A program made the translations under genes and the position numbers. From assembly GCA_951406725.2 (NCBI GenBank), contig OX597814.1, forward strand, positions 170,314,001 through 170,378,000: a stretch of DNA of 64,000 nt. Direction: 5' to 3'. Each line of letters starts with the position of its first letter. The first letter of the stretch is position 1. This document shows, piece after piece, positions 50,330 through 62,840 of this stretch. The DNA is from Octopus vulgaris. Lineage: Eukaryota. The notes under the pieces were generated by a model. That model saw only the letters and a list, made by a program, of their open reading frames with translations, searched no databases and was not told the DNA's origin.

Positions 50330-51384
50330 ATACATACATACACACGTGTGTGTATATGAATGTAGCAGTTCTAGACTGAAGGTAAAACTGTCTTATACAC
50401 ATCCATTCAAAGTTGATGATTCACTCCAGCATTGTATATCTATATACTAAACACTGAAGAGTTGAGTTAAGATGATTATATAGTGATTCTACAAGAATTA
50501 TGTAATCCTGGGAGTAATTTACTGAAATATGTGTATGTTTCATAAGGCATAGAATACCATACAGCTTTTCTGTATTTTATTAATACTATGCATGCACATG
50601 CATGTGCGCGCACACACACACACAATAGCTTTTATTATATTGAAGACACTACTATACTTAAGTTCAATCATTTTTATTAAGGGTTTTTCATATATATTTT
50701 TTAGTCCTTCATATTTAGTATGGAACATTTTTCAAGCTTTTTTGGCCATATCATCTGAATGAAGTGGTGATAATGATGCATTATTTCTCTGTTTTGTCAT
50801 ATGTAAGCTAAGGGTTATCGAATGATGTAACTGAAATCATTATTGGCAGATTTGAAATTGTTTAATTGCTAACTTCTTGAAGCTTCTATGATTTATTTCA
50901 CATGTTGATTTTTGGTTTTTCCTATCAACAAAACTTCTGTAGCTAATTTTTTTCAGTTTTCGTAGAATTTTGAGTTATGCTGCTGATTAAAAAGTTCTTG
51001 TTGCTGTTTCAGTAAATGATGAACATTACAACTCGTGCTTTGGTCTCAACTAGAATTTTAGACATTATTACTGCTAACTGGAGAGTAAAAATAAATCAAA
51101 AGTTATTCCTCAGGCATTATATCATTAGTAAGACATTGCAAGTTATTTCTGGAAATTGGTAAACTTCTACTACAAAAGGAAGTGAATTTTGTGATATTCA
51201 TATGTGCTGGAAAAGTATATCCTCATAAAAATTGAGCTATTGATTTTTTTTACGATGTTGTGGATTGTTTTGATATTTATCCTTGGGTCACTTCTGATCA
51301 AATAGAACATGATCAGTTGTGTTCCTGTTGTGACCCTCTCTTTGGAAGAATTTTCTTTTGTTTAATAAGACACAAAAGAAGTTT

Positions 51385-51742
51385 GTTTCCTGATCGCATA
51401 GTCCTATTACATGGCAATTTGGGCAAGTGTTTTCTTTTATAGTCTTGGGTTGATGAAAGTCTTGTGAGTGGATTTGGTAGGTGGAAGCTGGAAGAAACAC
51501 ATTGTTTGTGTGTTTATTTGTGTTTTGTTTTGATATTATGTGATACAGTGTCATACATACAATATCATTCATTCCCCAGTATTCTGTGAAAACATGTCTC
51601 GCCATAGAAAAATATTAACTTGGAAACAGGTGAGGGTTGGCAACAAGTAAGGGTATCTGGCTGTAGAAAGTCTGTCTCAAATAAACCTTATCCATCCCAT
51701 TCAAGCATGGAAACGTGGATGTTAAATGATGATGATGATGAC
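51385..51742 (+). mobile_element. SINE A2
   Basis: ttgggcaagtg...cttggaaacaggtgagggttggc...agcatggaaacgtggatgttaaatgatgatg. Confidence 0.75.
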
Positions 51743-52479
51743 AACATAACTTTAAGTTCATTATCTAAAATGGATAGTGAACTCTTCTTTGTGGTAGTTA
51801 ATGGATTTGGAGTAAATTTGGCTGCTATTTCTAATTCGTTGAGTGATTGAGTAGAAAACTCTCTCATCATTCTCTTGATGACAAATGAGAATTTTAAACT
51901 GACTGTAAGTTTGGCTTATCCAAAAACTTGGCCAATTTTCGGACAGACAGCTGTTTCTTATCCAACACATACTATTTCTCTCCTCTATCTATCTCTTTAT
52001 TTCTCTTTTACTCTCATTGAAACATTCACATAAGTACACCATTGAATCTGCATTTCAATCCATAACAGAGAACTGTCAGAGATATGAATACAGCTATTTC
52101 ATTATTTAACTTACACACACACACACAACACATATGCACACAAATTCTTTTTATTATCAGACAAGGCATTTAGTCCATATAATCCTACCAGCAGTAGTAT
52201 AAACATACCTGGTCTGCCAATTATTTACAAAAAAATCAATAAAAGCACACCTGACCTCAAAATTATAGGAAATCAATCCAATTTGTATACAACAGAACTC
52301 TGTCTTCAGATAATCTATTGAAGCATTGTAGATATAATCAGATAGCCACTGTCAGTTCTTGTGAAAATGTTACAATGAAGTTTTGAAAGCGTGTGTGATG
52401 GTTTGATCAGAAAGAAGGAGCTATGCCATGATCTTTGCACACTCTTCAAGATGTGGGAAGTTAATATAATTGGTTTCAG

Positions 52480-52740
52480 TTTAGACATGTGTAAGCCATT
52501 GTAGGAAGGATGGAAATTTTTGAGAGGTAGGGTTGTCCGAATGATAAGTGTGGGCTTGGGAGGTGGAGGCATGATGGGTGATGGGAGGCAAAGCAAGTCT
52601 ATTAAGTCGACCAAGGTGAAGGTACCATGTTGTTAGACAGTTAGAGGAGAAAAGTTGATTGCAATAGGAGCAATGAGGAAACGGTGTCTGTGGACAGAGA
52701 TTGTAATGATGTCATGAATGAATCTTTGCTAATCTTTTCC
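52480..52740 (-). mobile_element. Possible decayed L2/CR1-group LINE C-terminus
   Basis: Minus LQSLSTDTVSSLLLL...HHPSCLHLP resembles LQPLSHRR.V.SL.L...HP..V.LP motif. Confidence 0.3.
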
Positions 52741-53269
52741 TAAATATTTCAGGTATGGTCAAGGCTGTTTGTGTTTTGGTAGCAAAAAGCTGTGTACCAA
52801 TCATTTTGAGTAGAATTTCCTTGCAAATCTTAGTTGATCTTTGTAGAGAATCATCAAATAATCAGAACTGAAATATTTTCTGGGTTCAATTAAGAAGACT
52901 AGTCTTTAGTTTCCATGTTAAGCTATATTATGTAAATTAGTGTAGTGTGTGCATATGTGTCATTACATTATATGAATAAAATACATTCCGTCAGTTCTAC
53001 TAGCTGTGCAGGCAGAGAAATTGAATAAAGTGAACAGAGGTTGATTGGAACTAGATAGACAGTACATGTGCAGAAGCAAAAATCTGTTTCATGTTTATTG
53101 TCTTGCAGATACCATATTTAACAATGGTTACTTGGCTTGTTCAAAATAGCCACCGAATTTCCTTCCAATCACAGTCTTAAAATATAAAATAAAAGGTCAT
53201 ATTGAATAATGTAGTCCCTGAGTACACTATAACTGAAACCCTGAAAACAAGTTAAAATGATCGTAAACT

Positions 53270-53720
53270 TTTATAGATATGAGGAGCATTTTTTTTTGCA
53301 AAGAGAATTGGAATGGAAGTCAAGAAAAGTGCTACATCTGGTCGGTGCTAATGTATGGATGTGAGTTTTGGATGATAAGCAAAGTCATGGAGAAGAGACT
53401 CAAAGCTGCAGAAATATGGTTTTATAGAAAAATGCTTGGAATCTCGTGGGTACAGAAGGTGATGAATGTGGAAGTGTTGAAAATGAAAGTGAAGAGACAA
53501 TTGATGGATACTATCAGAGAGAGACAGTGGTGATTTGATGGTCATTTTCTCAGAGAGGTTGATGGAATGGAGCAGTACATGGTGGGAAGAAGAGCGAGAG
53601 GAAGGCAGAGAATGAAGATGTTCAACTGGATGAAGAAGAGAATGAACATTCTCTTCAAGAGACAGAAATAAATGGGGGAGAAACAAGCTATGATTCATCA
53701 ACGGCATGAATATGCCATGA

Positions 53721-53756
<36 letters not shown>
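53270..53756 (+). mobile_element. RTE (BovB-like) LINE C-terminus ending in (GA)n
   Basis: ORF 53279-53533 CYIWSVLMYGCEFW...RLKAAEIWFYRKMLGISW...NVEVL; later GRRARGRQR. Confidence 0.82.
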
Positions 53757-53758
<2 letters not shown>

Positions 53759-53807
53759 GGAATGTCTTTGACATAGTAGGTTTACTAGATTATAGCTAAC
53801 CTTTGGT

Positions 53808-53990
53808 TAAATAGTGTTGGACTCATTATAAAATTGTGGTTTTGATTCCTGGACTGGGCAACATGTTGTGTTCTTGAGCAAAACACTTCATTTCATGTTT
53901 CTCCAGTCCACTCAGTTGGTAAAAATGAGTAATCTTGCAATGGAACTGCATCCCGTCCAGGGATTCATGGGGAAACTGGCCCTATGCTCC
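53808..53990 (+). mobile_element. SINE group D (diverged; partial copies also about 39390-39485, 41225-41330)
   Basis: tgttgtgttcttgagcaaaacacttcatttcatg...ccagtccactcag. Confidence 0.65.
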
Positions 53991-54094
53991 TAACGTAGTA
54001 ATGTGATCTAACCACTTGGTTAAATTGTAATAGCAAACTGAGTTATGTAATTACTTCTTGGAAAGCCAGTGAGGATGTTTGTGAAACAAAATCC

Positions 54095-54870
54095 TGGGCT
54101 TGGTTGAAAAAGGGACAATTGAAAAAAAGAAACAGGGGACCTTATTATATAGCTCCAGATCAAGCATTGCAAATGAATAAGTTATGAAAATATGTGTATG
54201 GCGTGAAAGTGCATGTAGAGTATGGAATTTGGAATGAAACAACACACATTGTTGCAGAATGCCACAGGTTGGTCCTGAGAGAGTATAAGAAATGGAGATG
54301 TGATCAAGTTTTACACTGGCAGCTTTGTCAAAAACAGGCATTGAAGCAGGAAATAGATGGTACAGTCATCAGGTAAAAATTAGTGCTTGAGTCAGAAACA
54401 TGCAAGATTATGTGGGATTTTCTCTTTCAAACTGATAAGAAGCTGGAATATAACAAGCCAGATATTACAGCAATAGACAAAGGAAATCGAATTTGCTTAC
54501 TGATTGATCCATCATGTCCATTTGATACCAGTATTATGAAGAAAGCAAATGAGTTGAAAAAAAGCAAGCCGTTAAAATGTAAGGGTGCAAAGATTTGGAA
54601 CATGAAATCTATAAAGGTTGTGCTATTGATAACTGGTACATTAGGGACTCTGAATGATGAAATAGACAAATGGATAACGGAGATTGGAATGTCCTGTTGG
54701 ATTTCTACAGAACGTTTGCCTCTTAAGAATTGGACAGAGGATCAGAAGGGTTTTGAGTATTTGATGGCTTGTTGCAATCATGTAGATATCTAAGGTTACA
54801 GGGTGTAACATGCATCCCACATAAATTCTATCAGGAATAAGACCAATCCTGAATCATGATGGTAATAATT
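54095..54870 (+). mobile_element. R4/Dong-type LINE 3' part: CCHC knuckle remnant and restriction-like endonuclease
   Basis: ETTHIVAEC..L...EYK...LHWQL then ORF 54383-54793 KIMWDF..QTDK....NKPDI...LLID...PFD...KIW....V..ITGTLG. Confidence 0.85.
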
Positions 54871-54924
54871 CTGATGATGATGATTATGATGACAGTGATG
54901 ATTTTTTTTTCTTTTCCTTGTTGC

Positions 54925-55501
54925 GTATAAGGTCAGCAGTTTTCAGGGGATGGAACAAGTCGATTACATTGCCCTACTCCAAATCCTTCCCAGTATTTGA
55001 CTAGTACTTTATTTTATTGAACCCTGAAAGACAAAGTTGATCTTAATGCCTTAGTGGAATTTGAACTTAGAATGTAAAGAGCCAGAAGAAATACCACTAA
55101 GCATTTTGTCCATTGTGCTAATGATTCTGCCAGCTTGCCACCTCAGTAATAATGGTAATAACCCTTTCTACTATAGGCACATGGCTTGAAATGTTGCGGG
55201 GGGGGGGGACTAGACGATTACATCAACCCCAGTATTCAGTTGGTGTTTAATCTTCTTGACCTCCCCAAAATGTTGAAAGGCAAAGTTGACCTCAGCAGAA
55301 CACAAGATGGATGAAATGCCATGAAGCATTTTCTTTGATTTGCTAATGATTCTCTCTGCTCATCGCCTCAAAAATAATACTAATAATAATAACAATAATA
55401 AATCTCTAATTTTGACAAAAGGCCAGCTATTTTGAGGGGAGAGGAAGTCGATTACATTGCCCCCCCCCCGTCCCAATACTCAACTGGTACTTATTTTATT
55501 G
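54925..55501 (-). mobile_element. Head-to-tail array of three SINE C copies separated by (AAT)n
   Basis: Copies about 54925-55143, 55160-55368, 55400-55501, each with cgattacat...cc(c)ag/at and, in two, aaagttga...gctaatgattct. Confidence 0.7.
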
Positions 55502-56082
55502 TTCGTGAATGATGTATGATAATAAAAGTAATAAAAAAATATTTAAAATGTTGCTAGCTTCTTGTGATGACAGTTTTATTTAATTTTTTTTTTCTTTTGT
55601 CAGTTTAAACATTCTTCAAGTTAGGAATAAAGAAAAAATGTGTAGAGTGGGGAAGAGTGTAGGTGAGAATTTTCGACTTGCCAGCCAATCTATACTTTCT
55701 GAATTACAGGAGATGAATATTTGCAATTAATTTTGATTAGGTTTCATTAGCTATCGATTTAATCACATTATCCAAGAAGTTGCATGCACCAGAATGACCT
55801 TGCTTCTATCCTGCCGATACCTGTACCCATAGTCAACTTATTCACATGGGAAGGCAAGCACATTAGCATGAATACAAAGAAATATAAAGAAAGAGTTTAA
55901 TGAATCTAAATAACAGCTACATCATGTTTGCAGCTGTTCAATATCTTAAAAATAAAGCAATTCCTGTTGTTTGCTACTTCAGCCTCTCCCCTCCTTATAC
56001 ACCATATTGCCCTACTTTACATTTTATATATATATATATATACATACATACATACACACACACACACATATGTATATATATG

Positions 56083-56670
56083 TCATCATTATTTAACATC
56101 CATTGTCCATGCTGGTATAGGTTGGACACTTTGACCAGGGCTGGCAAGCTGTAAGGCTGCACCAGACTCCAGTCTGATTTGGCATGATTTCTACAGCTGA
56201 ATGCCCTTCCTAATGCCAACCATTCTGAGAGTGTAATGAGTGCTTTTATGTGCCAGTGGCACAGGTGCCATTTGTATGACATCAGTATCTGCCAAGACTG
56301 TGATTTTACTTGGCTTGATGGGTCTTCTTCTGAAGCATGACATAGTGCCTAGGTCTTGGTCAAAAGGAGCTTTTCACGTGCCACTGGTATCAGCCACTTT
56401 GCCTCCGTAAGGCCCAATGCTCGAAAGAAGCTTTTTACATACCAGTTACATGACATCAGCATTTGCCACGACTATGTTTTTACCTAGCTTCTCAAGCACT
56501 GCATATTGCCAAAGGTCCCAGTCACTAGTCATTGCCTCTCTGAGGCTCAAATTTCAAAGATCATGCTTCGCTACCTCAACCCATGCCTTCCTAGGTCTGC
56601 CTCTGTCACAGGTTCTCTCCTCAGTTAGAGATCGGCACTTCTTGTCCATATGACCATACCAGTGCAGTCA
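56083..56670 (-). mobile_element. RTE-LINE C-terminus continuous with family B 3' UTR
   Basis: Minus LHWYGH...RGRPRKAWVEVAKHDL..L.LREAMTSD.DLWQYAVLEK then B-family sequence and (GAT)n. Confidence 0.85.
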
Positions 56671-57028
56671 GCTCTGTGGACAGCCTCCTGTCAAGCTGTC
56701 TAACCCATATCAGCAAGGAAAAACCGACGTTGAATAATTATGAATGATTTTTTTAACCAACATCGTATGTTACTAGAGAGGTGTAAATGCCTTGTGAGTA
56801 TAGTCAGTATCTTTATGGATAAAATGGAAATGGACCAACTGAACTAGTTCTAATTCTTGTATTGAGATTTCATCTGCAATTGTGCACATTCTCTAGCTGT
56901 CCATGAACTTGTGCTTGAAAACCCACTTTTTACTTTGAGCTTAAGTAATTTACATATACATAATGTATTCATGGCAGTTAGTTTAAAAAACAGCGTTATG
57001 GTTTTTTGGTTACAATTTACTTAATTAA

Positions 57029-57315
57029 CCCGTCTATGACTGACCTTGATTCCATATTACAAAGTTCCTCTTTTTAAAGTAATTAAAATTAAAACCTTCC
57101 ATCAAAATTACATTTTAATTTATGTTTCAAACCCCAGTACAGCAATCACTGAGTTACTATTTTCTTCATCATTGCCAAAATTAATTGAAAAAAAAATTTG
57201 CATCGTCAAATTCTGTCTAACCCATGCCAACATGAAAAAAGTGAACATTAAACTGATGATGATGAAAGCCAGTGTATTTAGTGTATTTCAAAAGAAATAT
57301 GGTAACAAAAAAAGG
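57029..57315. mobile_element. piggyBac-like MITE (F-related) with an RTE-type tail fragment inserted at about 57198-57265
   Basis: TTAA-CCC ... ggtaacaaaaaaaGG-TTAA; inner aacccatgccaacatg...gatgatg. Confidence 0.65.
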
Positions 57316-57561
57316 TTAATGCTTACAGTTTACTCTGAACATTTTCTCATGGCTGCCCATGCATTATGAATACATATACACACTCATTCTGACTGTGCTA
57401 TCTAAAATTTATTCCATTTATTTTACTGTTGTTTACAATATTATTTTGGAGCACCATTGGTCTGAGAGAAGAAATGGGTAGATGGGGTCTCAGATGTAGT
57501 GTGCACGAGATGATACTGTGCTATTGAAAAAAAAACCTGCGGAAGAGGAAGACACAGAAAT

Positions 57562-57935
57562 AAGTTAGTTAGTTAGTTAGTTAGTTAATTTGGCTCAAAA
57601 GCAAATAGCAAGGCCATGTAGGGGGACATGGAGTTAAGTACAGGGTGGTGTTCATGTAAAGAGTTTAGGCCACTTGAGGTCCAGGGAGGCTTTGAACAAA
57701 GCGGTCGTAGGCATCTTCACCATCTCGTCTGGCAGCTTGTTCCACGGATCCGCAACCCGGACGGAGAAAGCTCCTCTCCTTCGATTGAGATGAAATCGTC
57801 GCAGGTAGAGCTTTTCGGAATGACCCCGCAGCCGACGCTCTGGAGCAGGAGTGAAGAACAGCTCTTTCGAGAGGTTACACTTTCCGCTTATGATGTTGTG
57901 GGCGAGAATGAGATCACCACGGCGAATGAGGACTG
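57562..57935 (-). mobile_element. Second CR1-group LINE 3' fragment with (TAAC)n tail
   Basis: ORF 57652-57984 RRGDLI...LRGHSEKL...RRGAFSVRV..PWNKLP..V.......FK..LD. Confidence 0.88.
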
Positions 57936-58369
57936 ATATCAGGACAGTGTAGTTCATGAAAGAGATAAGAAAACAATGTAGCAAGTGATGAGATTTTGTG
58001 CTTTGGAAAACCTATCCGACCCAATCTTGCATAAAAACGCAATGAAAAGTAATGATGATAATCTATTCACCCAAAAAACAAAATTAGTTATTTCTTTCTG
58101 TCTATTAACACATTGTGTTGCAGTTGTTGCTTGGCCTTCATTTCAGCTCTGATCAAGCGGACCTATGATCAAAGGCTTTCCTGCTGTAACCCTCCCATTG
58201 ATTTTTTTGTTTGTTTGTTGTTTCTTTTTGGTGACTACCATGTACTTTTTCCTTGGGGGAGTGGGGGGCGTGGCTAGACGGCTGGCTGGAATTTAAAATA
58301 GCTTATGGTTTTACAGAAGTTAGGTTGCTATTTCTCTCAGTGGCTCTCTCATAGTAATTCTTGTAGTTG

Positions 58370-58620
58370 TGTTTAGCCCCAGATGAGCCCTGATCCAGCA
58401 GGTCTAATGAGAAACCTGCTAGCTATGATTGTCTTGTCTGCTTTCTTTCTTTCTTTTTTTTTTTTTTTTTTTTTTTCTCAGACATGGTGCTTTTAAGACT
58501 ACATTATACAATATTTCCTTCTCTTTTTTTTTTAAGAATGGTAAGAGTGTGATTTGAGGCAGATTTGTATACTGTTTGTAGCAGGTCAAATTACTATGTA
58601 AAGGCTCTTCACTTAGCTTA
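58370..58620 (+). repeat. Unclassified interspersed repeat G (other pieces about 3210-3375, 4565-4650, 7815-7930, 19515-19650, 33285-33480, 44220-44300, 53120-53260, 58135-58200, 62745-62820)
   Basis: Recurrent motifs ccctgat(c)aagcagacctatgatcaaaggcattcc and gatttggctgctatttctagcagg. Confidence 0.6.
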
Positions 58621-59127
58621 TTGTTGTTGCTGATATTGCTGATTTTGTTTGTTTATTTGTAGCTTGTTATTTATTATGCTTCGGTATTCTTCCTGCCAGA
58701 CAACCTATTCTCAGTGAGGCATATCAAAATATCTTACAACTGACTGCAACATAGTTAATTTCAAGCTTCGTCTGCCATGCAGATATGCATGTATAATATT
58801 TCAAGAAGAGTTGTGGGTATAGATATTCTGCTTTGCAGGTTTAAATCATCTTTAGATTAGTCCATGAAAGTCTTTAACCTTTCACTGACATTTTATCTTA
58901 ACGATCTACAAGCTTTCTATTTTATTTCTTTATTTATCCATTTTTTCTTTTTGTTGTTGTTTCAATTGTCTTGACAGGAAAGAAATGATTTTCTATATCT
59001 ATAAGCAAAACAACAACAACAGAACAATGTTTTAGAATAAATATATATGCAGTTATATACAATATGTGTAATATACTAACATTTGGTGTCTAAAGATAAG
59101 CCACAGGAGCTTTGTTAACCGAAAGTG

Positions 59128-59176
59128 AGCATCATACAACTAGTTTCACTTTGCTTAAGATTCATCAGGGATTGCT
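59128..59176 (-). ncRNA. Hammerhead-like motif with intact core but weak stems
   Basis: Minus: AGCAATCC-CTGATGA-atcttaagcaaagt-GAAAC-TAGTT-GTA-TGATGCT. Confidence 0.4.
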
Positions 59177-59484
59177 TCAATTGCTTCTACATAATTCCTT
59201 GGTGGCTACCATTATGTGAATCTCTTTATACAGATAATTGTTTACATTGTTTTCTAAGATATATTATTCTAAGCTTCAGCAGTTAAGAGGTGAGCCGAGC
59301 TGTCCCTGATTAAACTAAAGCAAGGCAAAACTAGTCACATTAGCATAATCTTTACTCAGATCAGTGGAAGTTGCTGTGGTTTACAGGCTGGTTAGATTTT
59401 CAAAAGGAGATTAAATGAATATTTAGTATATGTATATTCTTGTAATATTATGTAATACAAATATACTAATATATATATATATAT

Positions 59485-59852
59485 AGGTACAAGCGTGATT
59501 GTGTGGTAAGAAGCTTGCTTCTCAACCACATGGTTCCAGGTTCAGTCCCACTGCATGACACTTTGGGTCTTCTACTATAGCCTCAGGCTGACCAAAACCT
59601 TGTTTGTGGATTTGGTTGATGGAAACTGAAAGAAGCCCATCGTGTGTGTGTCTGTGTGTGTCCTCTGCCATCGCTTGACAACTGATGTTGGTGTGCTTAC
59701 ATCCCCTGTAACTTAGTGGTTCAGCAAAAGAGACCGATAGAATAAGTAGTGTGCTTACAAAGAATGAGTCCTGGGGTTGATTTCTTCAACTAAAACTCTT
59801 CAAGGCGGTGCTCCACCATGGCTGCAGTCAAATGAATGAAGCAATAAAAGAA
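59485..59852 (+). mobile_element. SINE A1
   Basis: Colinear with 12202 copy. Confidence 0.85.
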
Positions 59853-60023
59853 TATATATACATACATATATATGTATATCTACATGCATATATGGGTACA
59901 GGATATCAAAAAAGTAGACAGAATTGGTATGTACATATATGTATATATGCATATATTTATATTATTATATGACCGAATGTCATGCATCCTTTTCCAAGTA
60001 AGTTTTTTCTATATATGTGTGTG

Positions 60024-60064
<41 letters not shown>

Positions 60065-60069
60065 ATATA

Positions 60070-60445
60070 CAAAAGCTGTGTGTTAAAAAGTTCCCTTCCC
60101 AACCAGCAGGTTTTGAGTTCAGTCCCACTGAATGACACCATGGGCAATGTCTTCTACTATAACCTGAAACAACAAACGCCTTGGAGTGGATTTAGTTGAG
60201 GGAGATTGAAAGGAGCCTCTTGGAATTATATGTATGTGTGTGTGTGTGTGTGTGTTGGTATCTCCTTGTCTTGACGTTGAATATTAATTGTAAATGAGTG
60301 TCACAATCATTCAAGTGGTGTCATTTGTTTCCTGTCTTCCGTGAGAATATGTCTGGCTTTGGTGACAGCAATGGTAGCTGGCCATAAAAAATATATCTCA
60401 GCAAATTCTGTCTGACTCATGCAAGCCTGGAAATATGGGTGTTAA
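60070..60445 (+). mobile_element. SINE A2 (diverged)
   Basis: gagttcagtcccactg head; aaattctgtctgactcatgcaagcctggaaa tail. Confidence 0.65.
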
Positions 60446-60874
60446 AACAAACTAACAAAAAGAAAATAATAAAAAATGATATGTGAGTGTGTGCAAGAGT
60501 GTGATACAGTAATATGTTTCTGTGCTAAGCTAGACAGAACATTGCATTAAATGAAATATTTTGTGTCCTATGTATGCATCATCATCATCATCATCATCAA
60601 ATGTTTGTTTTCCATGCTAGTATGTGTTGGACAGATTGACAAGATCCAACAAAGCAAAGCACTAACTTGATCCCCAATGCCTGTTTTGCCTTGGTTTCCT
60701 GGAAGCCTTTCCTAATGCCAACCACTTTAAAGAATGTAGTGGTTTCCCCTTACATGACACAAGCTCTTGTAAAGTCGCCAAATAACTTGCAAGGCATTTT
60801 GAGATTAGCTTTCACGACTTAGTCTCACATCTTCCTAGGTTTCCTTCTTATACAAGTTTCAACGCCATGTATGC

Positions 60875-61285
60875 TCTCTCTCTCTTTTTCTCTTTTTACT
60901 TGTTTCAGTCATTTGACTGCGGCCATGCTGGAGCACCGCCTTTAATCGAGCAACTCGACCCCGGGACTTATTCTTTTGTAAGCCCAGTACTTATTCTATC
61001 AGTCTCTTTTGCCGAACCGCTAAGTAACAGGGACATAAACACACCAGCATTGGTTGTCAAGCAATGCTAGGGAGACAAACACAGACACACAAACACACAT
61101 GCATATATATATACATATATACGACCTTCTTCATTCAGTTTCCGCCTACCAAATCCACTCACAAGGCTTTGGTTGGCCTGAAGCTATAGTAGAAGACACT
61201 TGCCCAAGGTGCCACGCATTGGGACTGAACCCGAAACCATGTGGATGGTACGCAAGCTACTTACCACACAGCCACTCCTGTGCCT
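60875..61285 (-). mobile_element. SINE A1, full length (decayed family B at about 60577-60790)
   Basis: Colinear with 11378 copy. Confidence 0.9.
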
Positions 61286-62840
61286 ATGCAATCAAAATTT
61301 CTTTAGAAAGCTGTTCATATCCATACTCATCACATTATCATACCAGTCTCTCTTGCACACTATATCTATTGTTTGGCCTGGATGATGAAAATTAACTAGT
61401 TGCATTCCACTTGTACCCAGGCCTGCCTGATACTTGTCCTCATTACTCGTTTTACTCCACCCATAATATGGCCCACCTGTCCCCTACATCCAAGCCCAGC
61501 TCTAACAACTTCACTCAACCTTAGATGTTTCTTCTCCATGTCAAGCTGCTGGAATTTCTCTTCCATCCAAATCTTTCCTGCAGACATCTATTGACAGATG
61601 TTTAAACAAAACATCGACTGTATCAATCTCCCAGTCACAGAAGTCCTATGTAGGTCACAGACACTGCCTGTTCTTCCTTATTAAACTATAAAAATTTTAA
61701 AAGATTGAAATAAAATGTTACATCTCTCAAATGGTAGCAGGGTAATGTGATTGCCTTTCCCCTCTTTTTTATTCTCCACCACCACCACATTCTAATGAAA
61801 CCTACTATGAAATTAACTGTTTGATTTTTATCTTTACTTTTGATGTGACGTCTGGCAGTTCAGACTGTTTGATTGCACTAATTTAAAGAATTGGCATTTA
61901 AACTATTTTAATGAATTTTTCTTTTTCGTATGTCTTACAATTTTTAATTAAAAACCTATCTTAGATTTATTTTTTAAGTGCCATGGATTAGTAGAATCAT
62001 TAGAACGTCAAGAAAGATTCCTTGTGGCATTGAGTTAATGACCTTTTATATTCCGAGTTCTAACCTTGCTGAGATAACTTTGCTTTCCATCCTTTTGGGC
62101 CAGTTCAATAGTGAAGTAATAGGGTTGATGTAACTGACTTCCTCCTTCCCTCCTAAATTTGAAGCCTCGTACGGAATCATTATTTTTAGCATAATTTTCT
62201 CCTGTTCCAAGCTTGTGGTACAAGAATACTTTACTTATACATTTTTGTTAGCCTTTTATTTGATTCCCGTCTTACGCTGTTGTGATAGGAATTTCTTACA
62301 AAACAATGTGATAAGCAAAATTGGTTTTATTCACTTGATGAAAGCAAGCAAAGGGGAAAAGAAGCAAAGTAAAAATTAGTAAAATCTTGTGGTTTACTTG
62401 AAGTATTTCAAGTATGTTATTAACAGATAAAAGATTATTATTAGAAGGTTAAAAACAATACTGATTACAGAAGACCAAATAAAATCAGTTATATCAGCTT
62501 TAAATAACCCTTATCATAAACTGATAAATCTGTGGATGTTCAACAGTTGTTAGGAATAAGTAATTGTCATCAGCAATTCTATTGAACAAGAAGAGCATTA
62601 TAGATTAAAAACAAAAACGTCTTCAAGAATGGTAATCATCAAGTGCCATTTGTGTTTTGTTGTAAATTAATTACAATTAATTGATTTATTTTGTTTTACT
62701 ATTTTGATTCAACTTTTGCAATCTAGGTTAACAAGGGAATTGTGTGGATACTCTGTCTACTAGAAATAACAACCAAATCTCTTTCATATCACACAGTAAG
62801 GAGACATTGAAGAATATGATTTTATATATATACATACATA

